From contig CM052817.1 in the NCBI GenBank assembly GCA_028534125.1, positions 96,412,001-96,476,000 of the forward strand: DNA of 64,000 nucleotides, written 5' to 3'. The notes beneath the pieces are model-generated. The model made no database searches, was not told where the DNA came from, and worked only from the letters and a program-made list of their open reading frames with translations. This DNA is from Lama glama. Lineage: Eukaryota. The first letter of the stretch is position 1. Each line of letters begins with the position of its first letter. Below are positions 12,770-25,394 of this stretch, in pieces. Position numbers and translations under genes: made by a program.

Positions 12770-13249
12770 CAGATCTTCCTCGACTTAGGATGGGGTGATC
12801 AACCCATTATTATAAGTTGAAAATATTGTAAGTTGAAAATGCATTTAATATGCTTAATCTACTGAACATCATAGTTTAGCCCAGCTTACCTTAAAGTGCC
12901 CAGAACACTTACATTAATTAGCATGCCGTTGGGCAAAATCATCTAACTCAAAGCCTGTTTCACAATAAAGTGCTGAACATCTCATGTATTTTATTGAATA
13001 CTGAGCTGACAGCGAAACACAAGCTGGTTGCTGGTGTATCAGTTATTTGCCCCCATGATTTGCACAGCTGACAGGGAGCTGTGGCTGCCACAACCCAGCA
13101 TCATGAGAGAGTACCCTACCATATATCACTAGCCCGGAAAAAGATCAGAATTCAAAATTTGAAGTACAGATTCTACTGTACTTCGTGACTTCATCACGAA
13201 GTCAAAAAAAAAAACATTAAGTTGAACCATCTAAGTTGGGGATCATCTG
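12770..13249 (+). mobile_element. MER47/Tigger5-derived DNA transposon MITE, near complete
   Basis: TA TSD (12768-69, 13250-51). TIRs CAGATCTTCCTCGACTTAG / CTAAGTTGGGGATCATCTG match at 15/19. Internal gttgaaaatgcatttaat...ttgggcaaaatcatctaac matches the MER47 family. Confidence 0.9.
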
Positions 13250-13380
13250 TATACATAAAATGGCACATATACACACATGTATCTGCTCATAAGTAATGTG
13301 AATGTAGAATTCAAATTGCATATACCAATTCATTAAAAATTCTTTGCTATATTATATTTTTTCTTGTAAGAAATGAAATG

Positions 13381-13855
13381 TGTGTGTAGGCAGAATAACA
13401 AACACCCGAAGTTATCCATGTCCTACCCCCAGAACCTGTGAATGTGTCATGTTACATTACAAGGGGAAATTAAGGTTGCAGATGGAACTAAGGTTGATAA
13501 TCAACTGGCGAGATTATTCTGGATTATCCAGGTGGGTTAATGATACCCCAAGAGTTCATAAAAGGGGAGCAGAGAGGAAGAAGAATCAGAACCACAGAGA
13601 TGATGTTGGGAGAAAGGCTCAAACAGCCCTTGCTGGATTTAAAGATGGAATGGAGCCACTAGCCAAGGAATGCCAGCAGCCTCTAGAAGCCAGAAAATGC
13701 AAGAAAATTGATTCTCCCCCAGAATTCTGCTGATACCTTCATTTAGGTTTTAGCCCCATGAGATCATTTCAAACTTCTGACCTTCAGAACTTAAGATGAG
13801 TGAGGGTTTTTTAAGCCACTTAAATTTGTCATGGTAGTAGCAGAAAACTAATATA
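13381..13855 (+). mobile_element. MLT1D-like ERVL-MaLR solo LTR
   Basis: tgt..gtaggcagaataa...cagaacctgtgaatgtg...ggaaattaaggttgcagatgga...gattattctggattatccaggtggg...gaaaactaatata. Flanks AAATG/AACTG may be a decayed 5-bp TSD. Explains ORF 13380-13733. Confidence 0.9.
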
Positions 13856-13959
13856 AACTGGTGTCTAGAAAAAGCATAAACATGATAAATAAGGTTAAAG
13901 TAAACAATATCAATCAAAATGACCACCTAAAAAATGGCCAGTCTCCACCACTGGCAGCA

Positions 13960-14460
13960 TAGCATTTCTTGAGAATAATTTAGCACTATTTATCAAAAAC
14001 AGTAAAAAAAAATTTTTACCATGTTTCTTGATGAAGAAATTGTGCTTCTTGGGATCTTTTTGACAATGAAATTGGTACAATTTCATACATACACACAAGC
14101 ACATGCATTTTTTGAAGTACGGTTTGAAATTGTAAACAGAAAAAAGCAAAATATGCAACAGTATGGACTTGATTAAAGTAAATTATGGTTCATGTGCATA
14201 TTATGGAGCCAATGAAAATAATACTCTAGGAGAATATCCAATGACATGGAAAGACCTCAATGTATTATGTAAAGAAAGACATACAAAACAGTATGATTCC
14301 TTTTGTATGGAATGTATACACATTAAAATGTATTTGTATGACTAGAGCAAAAGAAAGAAAAATATTAACAATGATCATTTCTGGGTATGATGATTACTTT
14401 TTTCTTTTTCAAATTTTTCCAAAATGAAAATATATCATTTTCATATTCAGAAAAATCATA
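13960..14460 (+). mobile_element. Old LINE-1 (L1ME-like) 3' remnant
   Basis: taaattatggttcat...gacatggaaagacctcaa...acagtatgattcc...tattaacaatgatcatttctggg pattern of ancient L1 3' ends. Confidence 0.6.
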
Positions 14461-16756
14461 CAACAAACTATTTTTTAAAGTTGCCTTAGAGAAATGGTTC
14501 ATTGAGAACATTTCCCTCCCTAGGCACTCATACCATTTGCTCAGAAAGGAATGACTATTAAGTTATCCAAAATAGTGAGAATTCTGAGCTAAAGTAGTGT
14601 ATATGTGCAGAGAAGTGAATTAAGAGAGGTCACATGCCATCAACCACTGACAGCCTGAATTTAACCCCAGATAGGAAAGATGCCTAAGGGTTGTCTGTTC
14701 ATGAGGCAAAGCAAGATATTTGGAAGCCAATGAGTAGGTCAGAGAAGAACTGCTCGTTTGGCACTATGTGATGCTCTCTTTTCAGGTTTTGTGGAGGATC
14801 AATGGGAACCAGCCACAGAAGACTCATCAGACAGAGGAAAGAGCTTTTCTGGCTTAATTGAATGCTTTCCCTTGCTTTAGAATCCTCTGACGCCTTAGCT
14901 AATTGATCGGTGATTTTAGAGCAGCCAATATATTTCTGGCTCACAGATGGGCAAGGGAATATGGCTTTTGTTTATTTTAAACCATTTAACATATTAAAAT
15001 CTTGTGTCTCGGAAGGATTTTAGAATTTTCAAAAGTTTTTCAAAAGTTTGGTTGATCCATAGCAAAATATTTGGAATTTAAACTTCTAACGGCACTGAAA
15101 TAAATGTACATTTTATTGAGCACAGCAACCCTTTTAAAAGTGGTATTTCAGTGTTGCCATAGTGGAATTGACTAGTAAATCTGTTTCGCTTCTTAAAGTT
15201 TTAGACAAATTATTAAAAAGAGAGATAGAAAAGTTTAACAATATCTCACTTCTTGTTTCATTGGGGAAGTGAACTCAAGAATTCAACACAGTTCAATAAC
15301 TGACATTTTAGTTCTGTCTGTATGATTTTTTCATAAATTGGCATCAATTTATTCTCCCAATTTTACCTCCTTTTTCCTGACAGGAATACAAGTCCTCCTC
15401 CAACAAAAGAATCTCCTGGAATACATGGTCTTTGTTACCATTTCCATAGCAGAATGAATATTTATTATCTGGTAACACAAGATTTTCTGTTTGTTTAGGA
15501 AAATTCCATGATGGATGGTAGCCTTGAGTGAGAAGTAGGTTTTCATACAAAAGGGTGGCCCGGAGGAGAGAGTAACAAACCAACCAATAATTGGATTGTT
15601 TCATTCACAAAATTAATGAAGATTGGAGATGGGAGTAAAACGGAGAAAAAGGACAACAAAAGAGAACCAAAATAGAGAGCAGCATGTTGGGAAGCTGGAT
15701 CTGACAGAAAAATGACTAGAGAGAGACTGACAGGGTCGTGTGCCCAAAAAGACTATTAGGAGTAACCTATTAGTAACCAATTGAAAACCATTTGCCTGCT
15801 CTAGTATAAACCCTTTCTATGGCTCAAACCCATCAGTAAGTCTACACCAAGGCTGCTACTGGTATTTTGGTCAGTGAAGGAGTCACGGTGCTGTTGCCAT
15901 GGAACAGAAGGACACAACTGGGATAGTTAGATGATCCAGGACTTGGAACCAGAGGAGACCTGGATAATCCCAGCTTTCCTCACCCACCCCACGCCCATCC
16001 CATGAGGACACTCAAGTTCTCAGGGAGGCCAGGTCTTCCACTGCTGGTGAGATGGACGTGGGAGCCCAGTTCTCTTGAATCACAAAAGCCTGGATGACCT
16101 GTGCTAATATCTGGCTTGTATATGGTTTTATGGGATCATGAGTTCTCTGACAATTTCTACATATCTTATGTAGACTTGGGGATTTTTATCATGCATTTTA
16201 TTAAGTGTCTACTGTATGCGAAAAATATCAGAGTCATTTATACACTGGGAACTTGCAATCTCATGGGAGATGATAATTCATGTATACATGAAGTTATAAG
16301 CAAACTACAACTCATCATATGTGCATAAATACATATGTCAGAATTTTTAAAACTAATATAGAAAAGTCAAAAATTGTGTCATGCAATAACCATGGGCAAG
16401 TAAAGCACCCAATAGTAAAAACTAGAGTAAACTCCATTCCTGTTGCCACTGCTAATTATCTCTCATTAGACTGTGGTAAAAGCCTCTTGGCTCCCTGTCT
16501 TCAGTGCTCTTATCAACTAAAATTTGTTCTTTAGTTTGCTAATAAATTAATCATAATGAGGCAGAGTTCTGTCTGGCACAATGCCTGACACAGTATAGGG
16601 TCTCAAGAAACACTTGTTAAAGGAACAAATCAATCAGTGGTTCATTTCCATCCTACACAAAAATGTCAGTGTCTCGTTATTTCCTCTTTATCTTTCTAAA
16701 ACTATATATCTCATTATTGCTTATTATGGTTCTGTGTTTCAGCTTTACTCTTATTC

Positions 16757-17613
16757 TTTTTAAAATTTTTTTAACCATTTTTAAATTGAAGTATAATTAA
16801 TTTACAATGCTGTGTTAGTTTCAGGTGTACAACAATGTGATTCAATTATACATATATATTCTTTATCAGATTCTTTTTCATTATAGGTTATTACAAGATA
16901 TTGATTATGATTCTCTGTGCTATACAGTAGGTCTTTGTTGTTTACCTATTTTATATATAGTGATGTTTGTCTGTTAATCCCAAACTTCTAATTTATTCCT
17001 CCCCACACCACTTTCACTTTTGGTAACCACAGGTTTGTTTTCTATGTCTGTGAGTCTATTTCTGTTATGTAAATAAGTTCATTTGTATCGTTTTTTTGAG
17101 ATTCTACATATAAGTGATATCATATAATACTTGTCTTTCTCTGACTGACTTACTTCACTTAGTATAGTAATCTCTAGGTCCATCCATATTGCTGCAAATG
17201 GCATTGTTTCATTCTTTTTTATGGCTGAGTAGTATTCCATTGTGTATACATATATACCACATTTTCTTTATCTAGTCATCTGTTGATGGACATTTAGGTT
17301 GCTTCCATGTCTTGGCTGTTGTAAATAGTGCTGCTGTGAATATTGGGGTGCACTTATCTTCAAATTAGAGTTTTCTCTGTATATATGCCTAGGAGTAAGT
17401 AGGGTTGCTGGATCATATGGTAACTCTATTTTTAGTTTTTTGAGGAATCTCCATACTGTTTTCCACAGTGGCTGCACCAAACTGCATTCCCACCAGCAGT
17501 GTAGGAGGGTTCCTTTTTCTCCACACCCTCTCCAGCATTTATTATTTGTAGACTTTTTGCTGATGGCCATTCTGACTGGTGTGATGTGATATTTCATTGT
17601 AGTTTTGATTTGT
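16757..17613 (-). mobile_element. LINE-1 3' portion (ORF2 C-terminus + 3' UTR)
   Basis: ORF 17268-17597 ([62 protein letters not shown]) is the L1 ORF2 cysteine-rich domain. T-rich tail at the left end. Confidence 0.95.
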
Positions 17614-17657
17614 ACAGTTGATTTACAATGTTTCAGGTGTACAGCAAATGGATTCAG

Positions 17658-17698
<41 letters not shown>

Positions 17699-17757
17699 TA
17701 TATATATATATTTATATTCTTTTTCAGATTCTTTTCCATTATAGGTTATTTTAAGAT
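17612..17757 (-). mobile_element. Second LINE-1 3' UTR fragment with (TA)n(CA)n(TA)n expansion, lacking a tail
   Basis: gtacagttgatttacaatgtttcaggtgtacagc...cagattcttttccattataggttatt is homologous to 16791-16900. Confidence 0.85.
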
Positions 17758-18009
17758 TTCACTCCTTTTCTTATATCTTATTCTATGCTCTTCCTTCACT
17801 TGGTGTGCCATTTTCCCCATTCCAGAAGTTTGCTTTATCCATCTTTCAAAGGCTTTCTCAAGTGTCAATAGCGCTTTCTCTCGGAACATCCAAGCAAGAG
17901 ATAAAAACTCTTCCTCCCATCTTTTAAACAAATTTATTTTCACCTTTCTATAGCACTAGTTATTGTTTACTTGTTAATAAAATAATCTGTGTCCACAATA
18001 TCTGCTGTT

Positions 18010-18520
18010 TGCATAGGCCAGAGTACTTCAATGCAAACAACAGAATCCACTCCAGCTGGCTTACACAGAATGGGATTTGTTACAGGTTATTACATACTTT
18101 GTAGAATTACTGGGAGGGCCAGGGAATCAAGCTTAGATCATTTACATCCAGGAACAACGCAACCAAAGGAACTGTTTGGCTACACCAGAGGAATTGTTTG
18201 CATAGAAAATCCATTTCCACTGCCTCCTCTCAGTTCATGATACCTACAACACAAAGGGACAAAACATATAGTCTAAAATCTCAGCTGTCTTGGGAAAACC
18301 AAATGCTTCCACTATGACCTTCAGTCTCTCCACAGGTGAGCCCAAGCTCATGTTGCTCACTTCCATTTTCAAAGTTTTAAGTGGGTGCATTTGTTTAGTG
18401 AAACTTAGTGCCCATGTAGAATTCTAGCTACAAGAGAATCTGAGAAATGTTATTTCTAGGTGTTCATCCTCTAAAACAAAGGCATAATAGAACAGGGACA
18501 GAACGATTGATCCAATCTAC
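18010..18520 (-). mobile_element. Old ERVL-MaLR LTR (MLT1K/L-like)
   Basis: tgcaaacaacagaatccactccagctggcttacacagaatgggatttgtt...ctagctacaagagaatctgagaaatg. Confidence 0.55.
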
Positions 18521-20571
18521 AATATCCACCATGTTTTGTAGGCATACTGAGAGCATAACTCATGTCTGTCCATCTTCATGCTTCCCATTTGCCCTTAGGT
18601 AGTGCTCAATGACTGTGCCGAATGAATGAATGTATGAGTGAATGTATATTACATGTACAGTATGTAAAATAGGCACAAAGGAGAGTTCAGAACAGAGAAA
18701 TGGAGTTAGTAAAAACCTTGATGTTTCATTTTAAGAATTTTATTTAAATCATCAAACTACCATTCTTTAAAATAAGTTACTTAGTTTACCAAAAACTGTG
18801 GAGAAGAAGCAAATGGCAGAGAAAGAGGGTCTTTATTACCAACTGCCTCTTTATTTCAACACTGATGAAAAATTGCCTGAATGTCCTTATACTGCAAGGA
18901 AAATAGCAATTTGTTCAATTTGCCTCCAAAAAAAAAAAAAAGATGTGTTTTTTTAGAGGGTCTACAGACCAAGAATTTTTAAAACTTAAACAACTGGAGA
19001 CATACATATACATGTATATGTATGTGTATATCTATATATCTATATATGTATATGTATGTTTCAAAGACTCCTAAATCACTAAAAGAATTTTTTCTTATTT
19101 GGTCTGTACAAAAGCTACATGACAGAACCTTATCAAGTGCCAATTTAATGTCCTTCACAGGTTAGGGACACAGATTTTGACAACATTCTTAACAAGTTAC
19201 CTTCCAAGAAAAATCTAAGAAAAAATTCAAGAAAGTAAAATAATGGGTGTTTTGAATTAATGATAATTTAGACATAAACTACTGATAATTAAAAAGTAAA
19301 TTAAAATTAAAAAATGTTAAACAACATTTAAATAACTCAATTCACCCATAAAACCACGAAGGCTATCATAGACAAAGGCACAGTATTTCATGTACATGTA
19401 CTATTGGCCATTGAGTAGTGCCGTCCCCAGCTCCATGGCTACCAACAAGCTTTAGTCCCCTCTGCCTTCCCTAATGACTTACTGACAGCCCGTCCCTCAA
19501 ACATCCGGATTATTAAGGGATTTAAAAGCAGCTTCTAGGGTCATGTCTGACAGAAATAATGATGGATTAAACAATCTCATTTTAATAAACACAAATGTAA
19601 CATTTCAAGAAACAATAAAAATATATTTTTGCTTAGTGAAATATTGCTTTGTTAGAGAAGGTAGAGGGAAGACAGCTGTTTTTCCCAAGCTCTATCTATG
19701 GTAATTCAATGTAGTCAAAATATTCTGGAAGAAAGGAAGCTAGCTTCATATCTGCTTGTACAAACATGTCATTTTCCTAAACCACCTAAAACTCTGTATC
19801 ATCTTCAAGTTCTTCCTTTTAATTGTCCCATAACTCTGAACAGACTCAGTAAAAACCAATATTCAGGGAAGTCTGAGACGCCGCTATGATTCTAAAAAAA
19901 TTAAGAGCAGTAGCATAAAGCAGCATTACACAACCCACTTCATCTAAGGAACCCCATGTCATTTGAAATTCAGAATATACACCTATCATAAAGGACCCGC
20001 ATTCTCCTCACATGCCACAGGTTCTTGTGTGGTCTGTTTTTGCTGTTGTTTCGGTGTGTTTAAATTTTGTGGAAAAGCTGGTGTTTGGGATACAGCACAC
20101 ACACGCTGTGAACATCTAAGAGTTTTTCATCGTCCATTTGCAATTACAGAGTTGGACTAGGATCAGCTTCTATTAACAGGCACAAGACCAGAGTCAACAG
20201 GGCAAGTTGCTTCCTAATCCTCAAATGTGTATAAAAGAGCCAATGGGAGGCTGCCTTATGGAGGAAGGACGTGAAGGCAGAAGATGGAGAATTTCTCTGG
20301 AGCGGACCCAAGTGGGGAGTAGAAAACAGCAAGAATTCAGAGCTCGTCTGCCTCCTTGGTGCTAAGCCACAGGAAAGACCCCTCACTACCTTCGACTCCT
20401 CAGTTAAATGCTTGCACTTTGGCCATGGAGAACGTTATTCTCCACTCAACATAATGTTCAGCGACTTTACACTTTAGCCTTTCCATGCATCATTTTCAGT
20501 GGTGGTTGTGCACAGCAAAGGAAAAAAGAATCCAATAACATAAAACTATTTTAATAATTTTTAAAGGAAGT

Positions 20572-20635
20572 TTAAATGATCCGCACTCGATCAGGGTCGA
20601 TGAAAATGGCGCTGGTGTCGAAGGGCAACAGGTTG
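20572..20635 (-). other. Candidate terminal exon (unverified); open frame NLLPFDTSAIFIDPDRVRII*
   Basis: AG acceptor at 20636-37, CpG-rich 64-nt open frame ending in TAA, and ATTAAA on the minus strand at 20550-20555. No recognised homology; could instead be regulatory. Confidence 0.2.
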
Positions 20636-22242
20636 CTAATAAATACAATAGTTTAGGAAAGTGCTGTTTCTGTCATGGAAAAACTATATTCTGGGGAAAA
20701 TAATACTACTGTAATTCATTTTTGAAAGCTATTGAGACTTCTTGGATGAAGAATGTAGTTATTAAAGGCAAAAATACACAATATGCTGTAATGGAATGTT
20801 TGTGCTTCACGCTTCATTAAATGTTTTGTGGGCCTCTGGGGAAATTCTCTCCCCCACACAAAAATAATGTTTATACATGGTGGTATCACTAGAGGGAGTA
20901 CAAAGAGCTACGTTCAAAGGAAGAACTTGCTACAGCTTTGGTATGCTCAACTGAAAACACCAAACGGGACAAGACGTGAAAAAACGCAGAAGACTGGGGA
21001 AAGAGCACACCAAATTTTGCTGTGATTCTGGTTGCCTTTATAGTCAATCCAAAGGCTAATGTTTTCTTTACTTGATTTTAAAACAACAAATCGAGGGTTT
21101 TGCTTGAAGTATAGGGTGGTGGAGAAAACTGATGCTTTGAATTAGTGAGATAACTGAAAAAGCATCTGATTACAAATTCTGCTGCCTAAAGCAACCAGTA
21201 ATACAGGATGCTGAGAATTCAGAAGGTTGGTGGTTGGCTGTACCAGCTTAGAGTATTTTGAAAGTGAAAATGTAAAATAGCGGTAGAATTGCAAAGGCAT
21301 TCACAAAAAATAAAATTCTTGGGAGGTGGGGAAATCCACTCACAGGAATACACAAAAAATGTGAAACTTCATAAAATCTCATTAGCAGAGGATCTTTAAT
21401 GAAGAAAAGTAAATCAAGTGAAGAAAAGAAAACTATGGAAGTTCTTGCCTGTAAACACTTTTGTTTCGCTCATTGTAGGGGGTTCATCCTCTCATCAGGG
21501 CTTCCTTAGAAGGGACACATCCATTTGTCTGATTTAAACATACATACTGATGGAACATTTCTAAGGAAAACAGAATGAAAGAATGTAAAAGGGAATCACA
21601 CTCAAAAACAAAACAAGGAGAGAAATTAAAGACCACCAGGTAAAAAGTACTAACATCAAGATTCTTTTAAAAACACCATATAAGATTTTCCAGGAAGCAT
21701 TCTTTTGCCTCCAGAACATTTTTTTCCCCCTCAAGAAATATGTTAACCTTAACGGTTTTCCCTAGAGCTAGAATTTCAATTAGCTGCTTTCCTACCATGA
21801 CTCTAGGCACATAAAAAAATGGTGACTCTCCAAGACTCTTGTTCTAAGCTATATTCTGCATGTGCACAGCTAAGCTGAATTTAATTTTTTTTTTAATTTC
21901 CAAGCTTTTGTATAATAGTAAGATGCTAGTTATAAGAAGTGTACAACTTGAACTTGGGAGAACATAGCATTTGGGTTTTCCTCCTTGGTAATAAAGATAC
22001 ACGTTATACAAATTGACTCATTTATTGAAGAGTCACACTTACTAAAAATGAAAGATTTAAGCAGGACTGAGAGAGTAGGATGCCAACATGTAGCAAAGCT
22101 CTCAGTCTCTATAATCATTACCTCTTCACTTTCAATTATGTACATTTTACCTCCAAAAGTTCTGAAATGTTTGTGATTTCTAGAACATTCCATACTCTCA
22201 TGCTTTTCCATATTTGTCTCCAAGGGAAACAACCACTTACCC

Positions 22243-22507
22243 TATGTGAGGTAGTGGTCATAATCATGAACCTAGAGCCAGACTGCCTCAGTTTGAACTC
22301 AGGTGGCAATGCTTACTAGCCATATGAACTTGGTCAAGTTCCTTAAACTTTCTGTGACTTAGTTTCCTCATTTGTAAATTGAGGATAACAATTCTACATC
22401 ATAGGTTTGCTTTAAGGATTAAATGAGATTTAATGTACGTAAAGCACGTATAACTGTGGCTGGCATATAATAAGTGCCACATAAATGTGTGTTATTATGA
22501 TTATTAT
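22243..22507 (+). mobile_element. MIR SINE, near full length
   Basis: gagccagactgcctcagtttgaactc...ttggtcaagttccttaaac...agtttcctcatttgtaaa...aggattaaatgaga...tggcatataataagtgc...ttattat. Confidence 0.9.
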
Positions 22508-22716
22508 CACTTTATTATGCTTTAAGACTCAACTGAATCACTACCACTTTTGTAAATGCTTCTCTTAGAAAGAGTACTACTTCTTTTCTCCTCCTCTGGA
22601 CCTTTTGCACATCTCTAATCTTATCAGATGGGTGTCCAGTAGCAGTGGGTAGACAATTTGAGAGCAGGATCTGAGCCCTTCCATCTTGGTATCACCAGGT
22701 CTCATGCAGGGCCTGC

Positions 22717-24180
22717 ATCTCAAATAAATAACCTAGCCTGCAACCTAAAAAAATTAAAAAGAGAAAAAACAGAGTCCAAAGTCAGCAGAAGAAAGGAAAT
22801 GAAAAGGATCAGAGAGGAAATAAATAAAATAGAGATAAAAAATAGAAAAGATCAATGAAACCAAGAGCTAGTTTTTTGAAGAGATAAACAAAATTGAATA
22901 ACTTTTAGCCAGGCTCACCAAGAAGAGAGGACCCAAATAAATAAAATAAGAAATGAAAGAAGAGAAATAATAGCCGATACCACAGTGATACAACAAAATC
23001 CTAAGACAATACTATGAAAAATTATATGCCAACAGATTGGACAACCTAGAAGACATAGACAAATTTCTAGAAATACACAACCTTCCGAAACTCAATCAAG
23101 AAGAAAAAAATTTGAACAGAGTGATCACTAGTGATGAAATTGAATTTGTAAAAAAAACAAAAAAACAAAAAAAAAAACAAAACAACAACACTTCCCAGTA
23201 AACAGAAGTTCAGGACCAGATGGCTTCACAGAGAATTTCTACCAAACTTATAAATAAGAGCTAATACTTATACTTCTCAAACTATTTCAAAAAATTGAAG
23301 AGGAAAGAACACTGTCAAATTTATTCTATGAGGCCACCATTACACTGATTCCAAAATCAGAAAAAAGACATTACAAAAAAAAAAGAAAATACAGCCAATA
23401 TCTTTGAAGAATATTGATGTAGAAACCCTGAACAAAATATTAGTAGAACAAATCTAACAATGTATAAAAAGGATCATATACTATGATCAAGTTAACTTTA
23501 TTCTAGGGATGCAAGGATGGTTCAACATTCACAAATCAATCAGCCTGATACATCACATTAACAAAAGGAAGGATAAAAATCACACGATCATCAATAGATG
23601 TAGAAAAAGCATTTGACAAAATTTACTATCCATTCATGATAAAAACACTCATCAAAGTGGGTATGGAGGGAACATATCTCAATGTAATAATAACCATTTA
23701 TGACAAACCCACAACCAGCATCATAGTCAACAGCAAAAAGCTAAAAGTTTCTCCTCTAAATTCAGGAACAAGACAAGATGCCCACTCTCACCACTTCTAT
23801 GAACATAGTATTGGAAGTCCTAGCCACAGTGGTCAGAGAGGAAAAGAAATAAAAGCATCCAAATTGGAAAGGAAGAACTAAAACTGTCACTATTTGCAGA
23901 TGATATGATACTTTATATAGAAAACCCTAAAGTCTCCACTTAAAAACTAAAGTCTCCACTTAAAAACTATCAGAATTAATAAATGAATTCAGCAAAGTTG
24001 CAGATTCAAAATTAATATACCAAAATCTACTGCTTTTCTACACACTAATAATGAATAATTAAAAATAGAAAGCAAAAAAAATCCTATTTAAAATCACATT
24101 AAAAAATATTAAAACATCTAGGAATAAACTCAACTAAGGTGGTGGGAGACCTGTACTCTAAGAACTATAAAATATTGATG
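22717..24180 (+). mobile_element. LINE-1 ORF2 internal fragment (reverse transcriptase region), frameshifted, no 3' end
   Basis: Encodes L1 ORF2 motifs, including [22 protein letters not shown] and LFADDM (FADD at 23893-23904). Multiple stops. Confidence 0.95.
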
Positions 24181-24196
24181 GATGATGATGAGGATG

Positions 24197-24303
24197 ATTA
24201 TTTATTGAAGTATAATTGATTTACAACAGTATATCAGTTTCAAAGTGTACATTTTAATAGAGTATAATCAGTAAAAATCCTGAATCACTACACTGTACAC
24301 TTG
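24197..24303. mobile_element. Very short LINE-1 3' end with internal inversion
   Basis: 24197-24251 is the L1 terminus in minus orientation. 24252-24303 (aatagagtataatcagtaaaaatcctgaatcactacactgtacacttg) is the adjacent 3' UTR segment in plus orientation. Confidence 0.65.
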
Positions 24304-24864
24304 CTGTGTTCAGTGGCCATGTAATGTGGAAAAGATGCTACTCTGCCTTAGGTGAGTATCTTCCTGCTCTCTTCACCACTTTCTGGCTTTCTCCCTCAGT
24401 TATCTTGCCCACTCCTCACCATTCCATGGTAGCCATAATAAGATTTCCAATATGACTCAATTCTAACATTGTTTTTCTTCATTTAGAACTAGAGAAAAAT
24501 CACAAACCATATTAAGTTGAAATGACTCTGAATGTATTATTTCCAGTCTTATCTCAACCCTTAACACTGCTTGTAAATTTTCACACATCTTCCATAAAAT
24601 TTTTCTCCCACTTTCCAAAGCAGCTACTCCAACTCCCACTGCACCTTGCACAATCTTCACTGTGTAAACTCAATGCTAACTTCTTTAATGAAGAAGTTAA
24701 TTCAGTGGAGTAAAGTCTAGTGTCAGTTACCCGTCTACTCTCCTATAGCAAACAAGTGGATTCCAGGAGGCTCTACATTTTTTAAGCATCACTTTAGTCA
24801 AGCACTAATGCAATGCAAGTTGATGATGGAGCAAATGTGCTGGCTACTGAGCACATGAAGTGGA

Positions 24865-25352
24865 CATCTGTTACTTCAGCCTGATAACTATCCATTCTTC
24901 CTCTGTCTGAGAGCAGCATACCACACTTTCCTAGGACTCACCAAAGACATGCATGTCTCCACCTTCACTGCATGCTGGTGATAGTAACCGGTTCAGGGAT
25001 GGACAGATGACTTTATCAGTAACAAAGTGATTGATGTGGGAGAGATTTTACTGCAAAAGTTAGGAAAAGAGTATCTCTCTTTTTTTTTCTGGAGTAGCTA
25101 AGTGTATAAAATTAAGTCTGGATCTAGGGATGGGCACTTTGTTCCCATTAAGGGAAAGTCAGTAGAATAGAGTCTATAGAAAGAAGCAGAATCAAGAGAT
25201 TAAAAAAAATTAAGTCTGATACCTGATGACATTTTTTGAGTACCTCAAACCATTCATACCTGAACATCAGTCTTGGGAACCAATACACTGCCATCTTCGA
25301 TAAAACAAAGGTAGGTTTTGATTATTTATAGACAAAAGAATCCCAACTAATA
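24865..25352 (+). mobile_element. Ancient ERVL/MaLR-type solo LTR
   Basis: ggttcagggatggacagatgac...cctgatgacattttttgagtacctc...aagaatcccaactaatata (MLT1/LTR16-like terminus). Confidence 0.55.
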
Positions 25353-25394
25353 TAGCATCCTTCCCATTCAAGAGAGTAGAGAGAAGAAATAAAT

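Noticed and set aside
14785..14880. Acceptor-like ctctcttttcAG followed by a short open frame (FVEDQWEPATEDSSDRGKSF...)
   Set aside because: No convincing donor or poly(A) signal follows, and no homology is recognised.
24314..24357. 38-nt segment ending in a strong donor TAG|GTGAGT
   Set aside because: The acceptor context overlaps the rearranged L1 end; there is no partner exon or recognised peptide.
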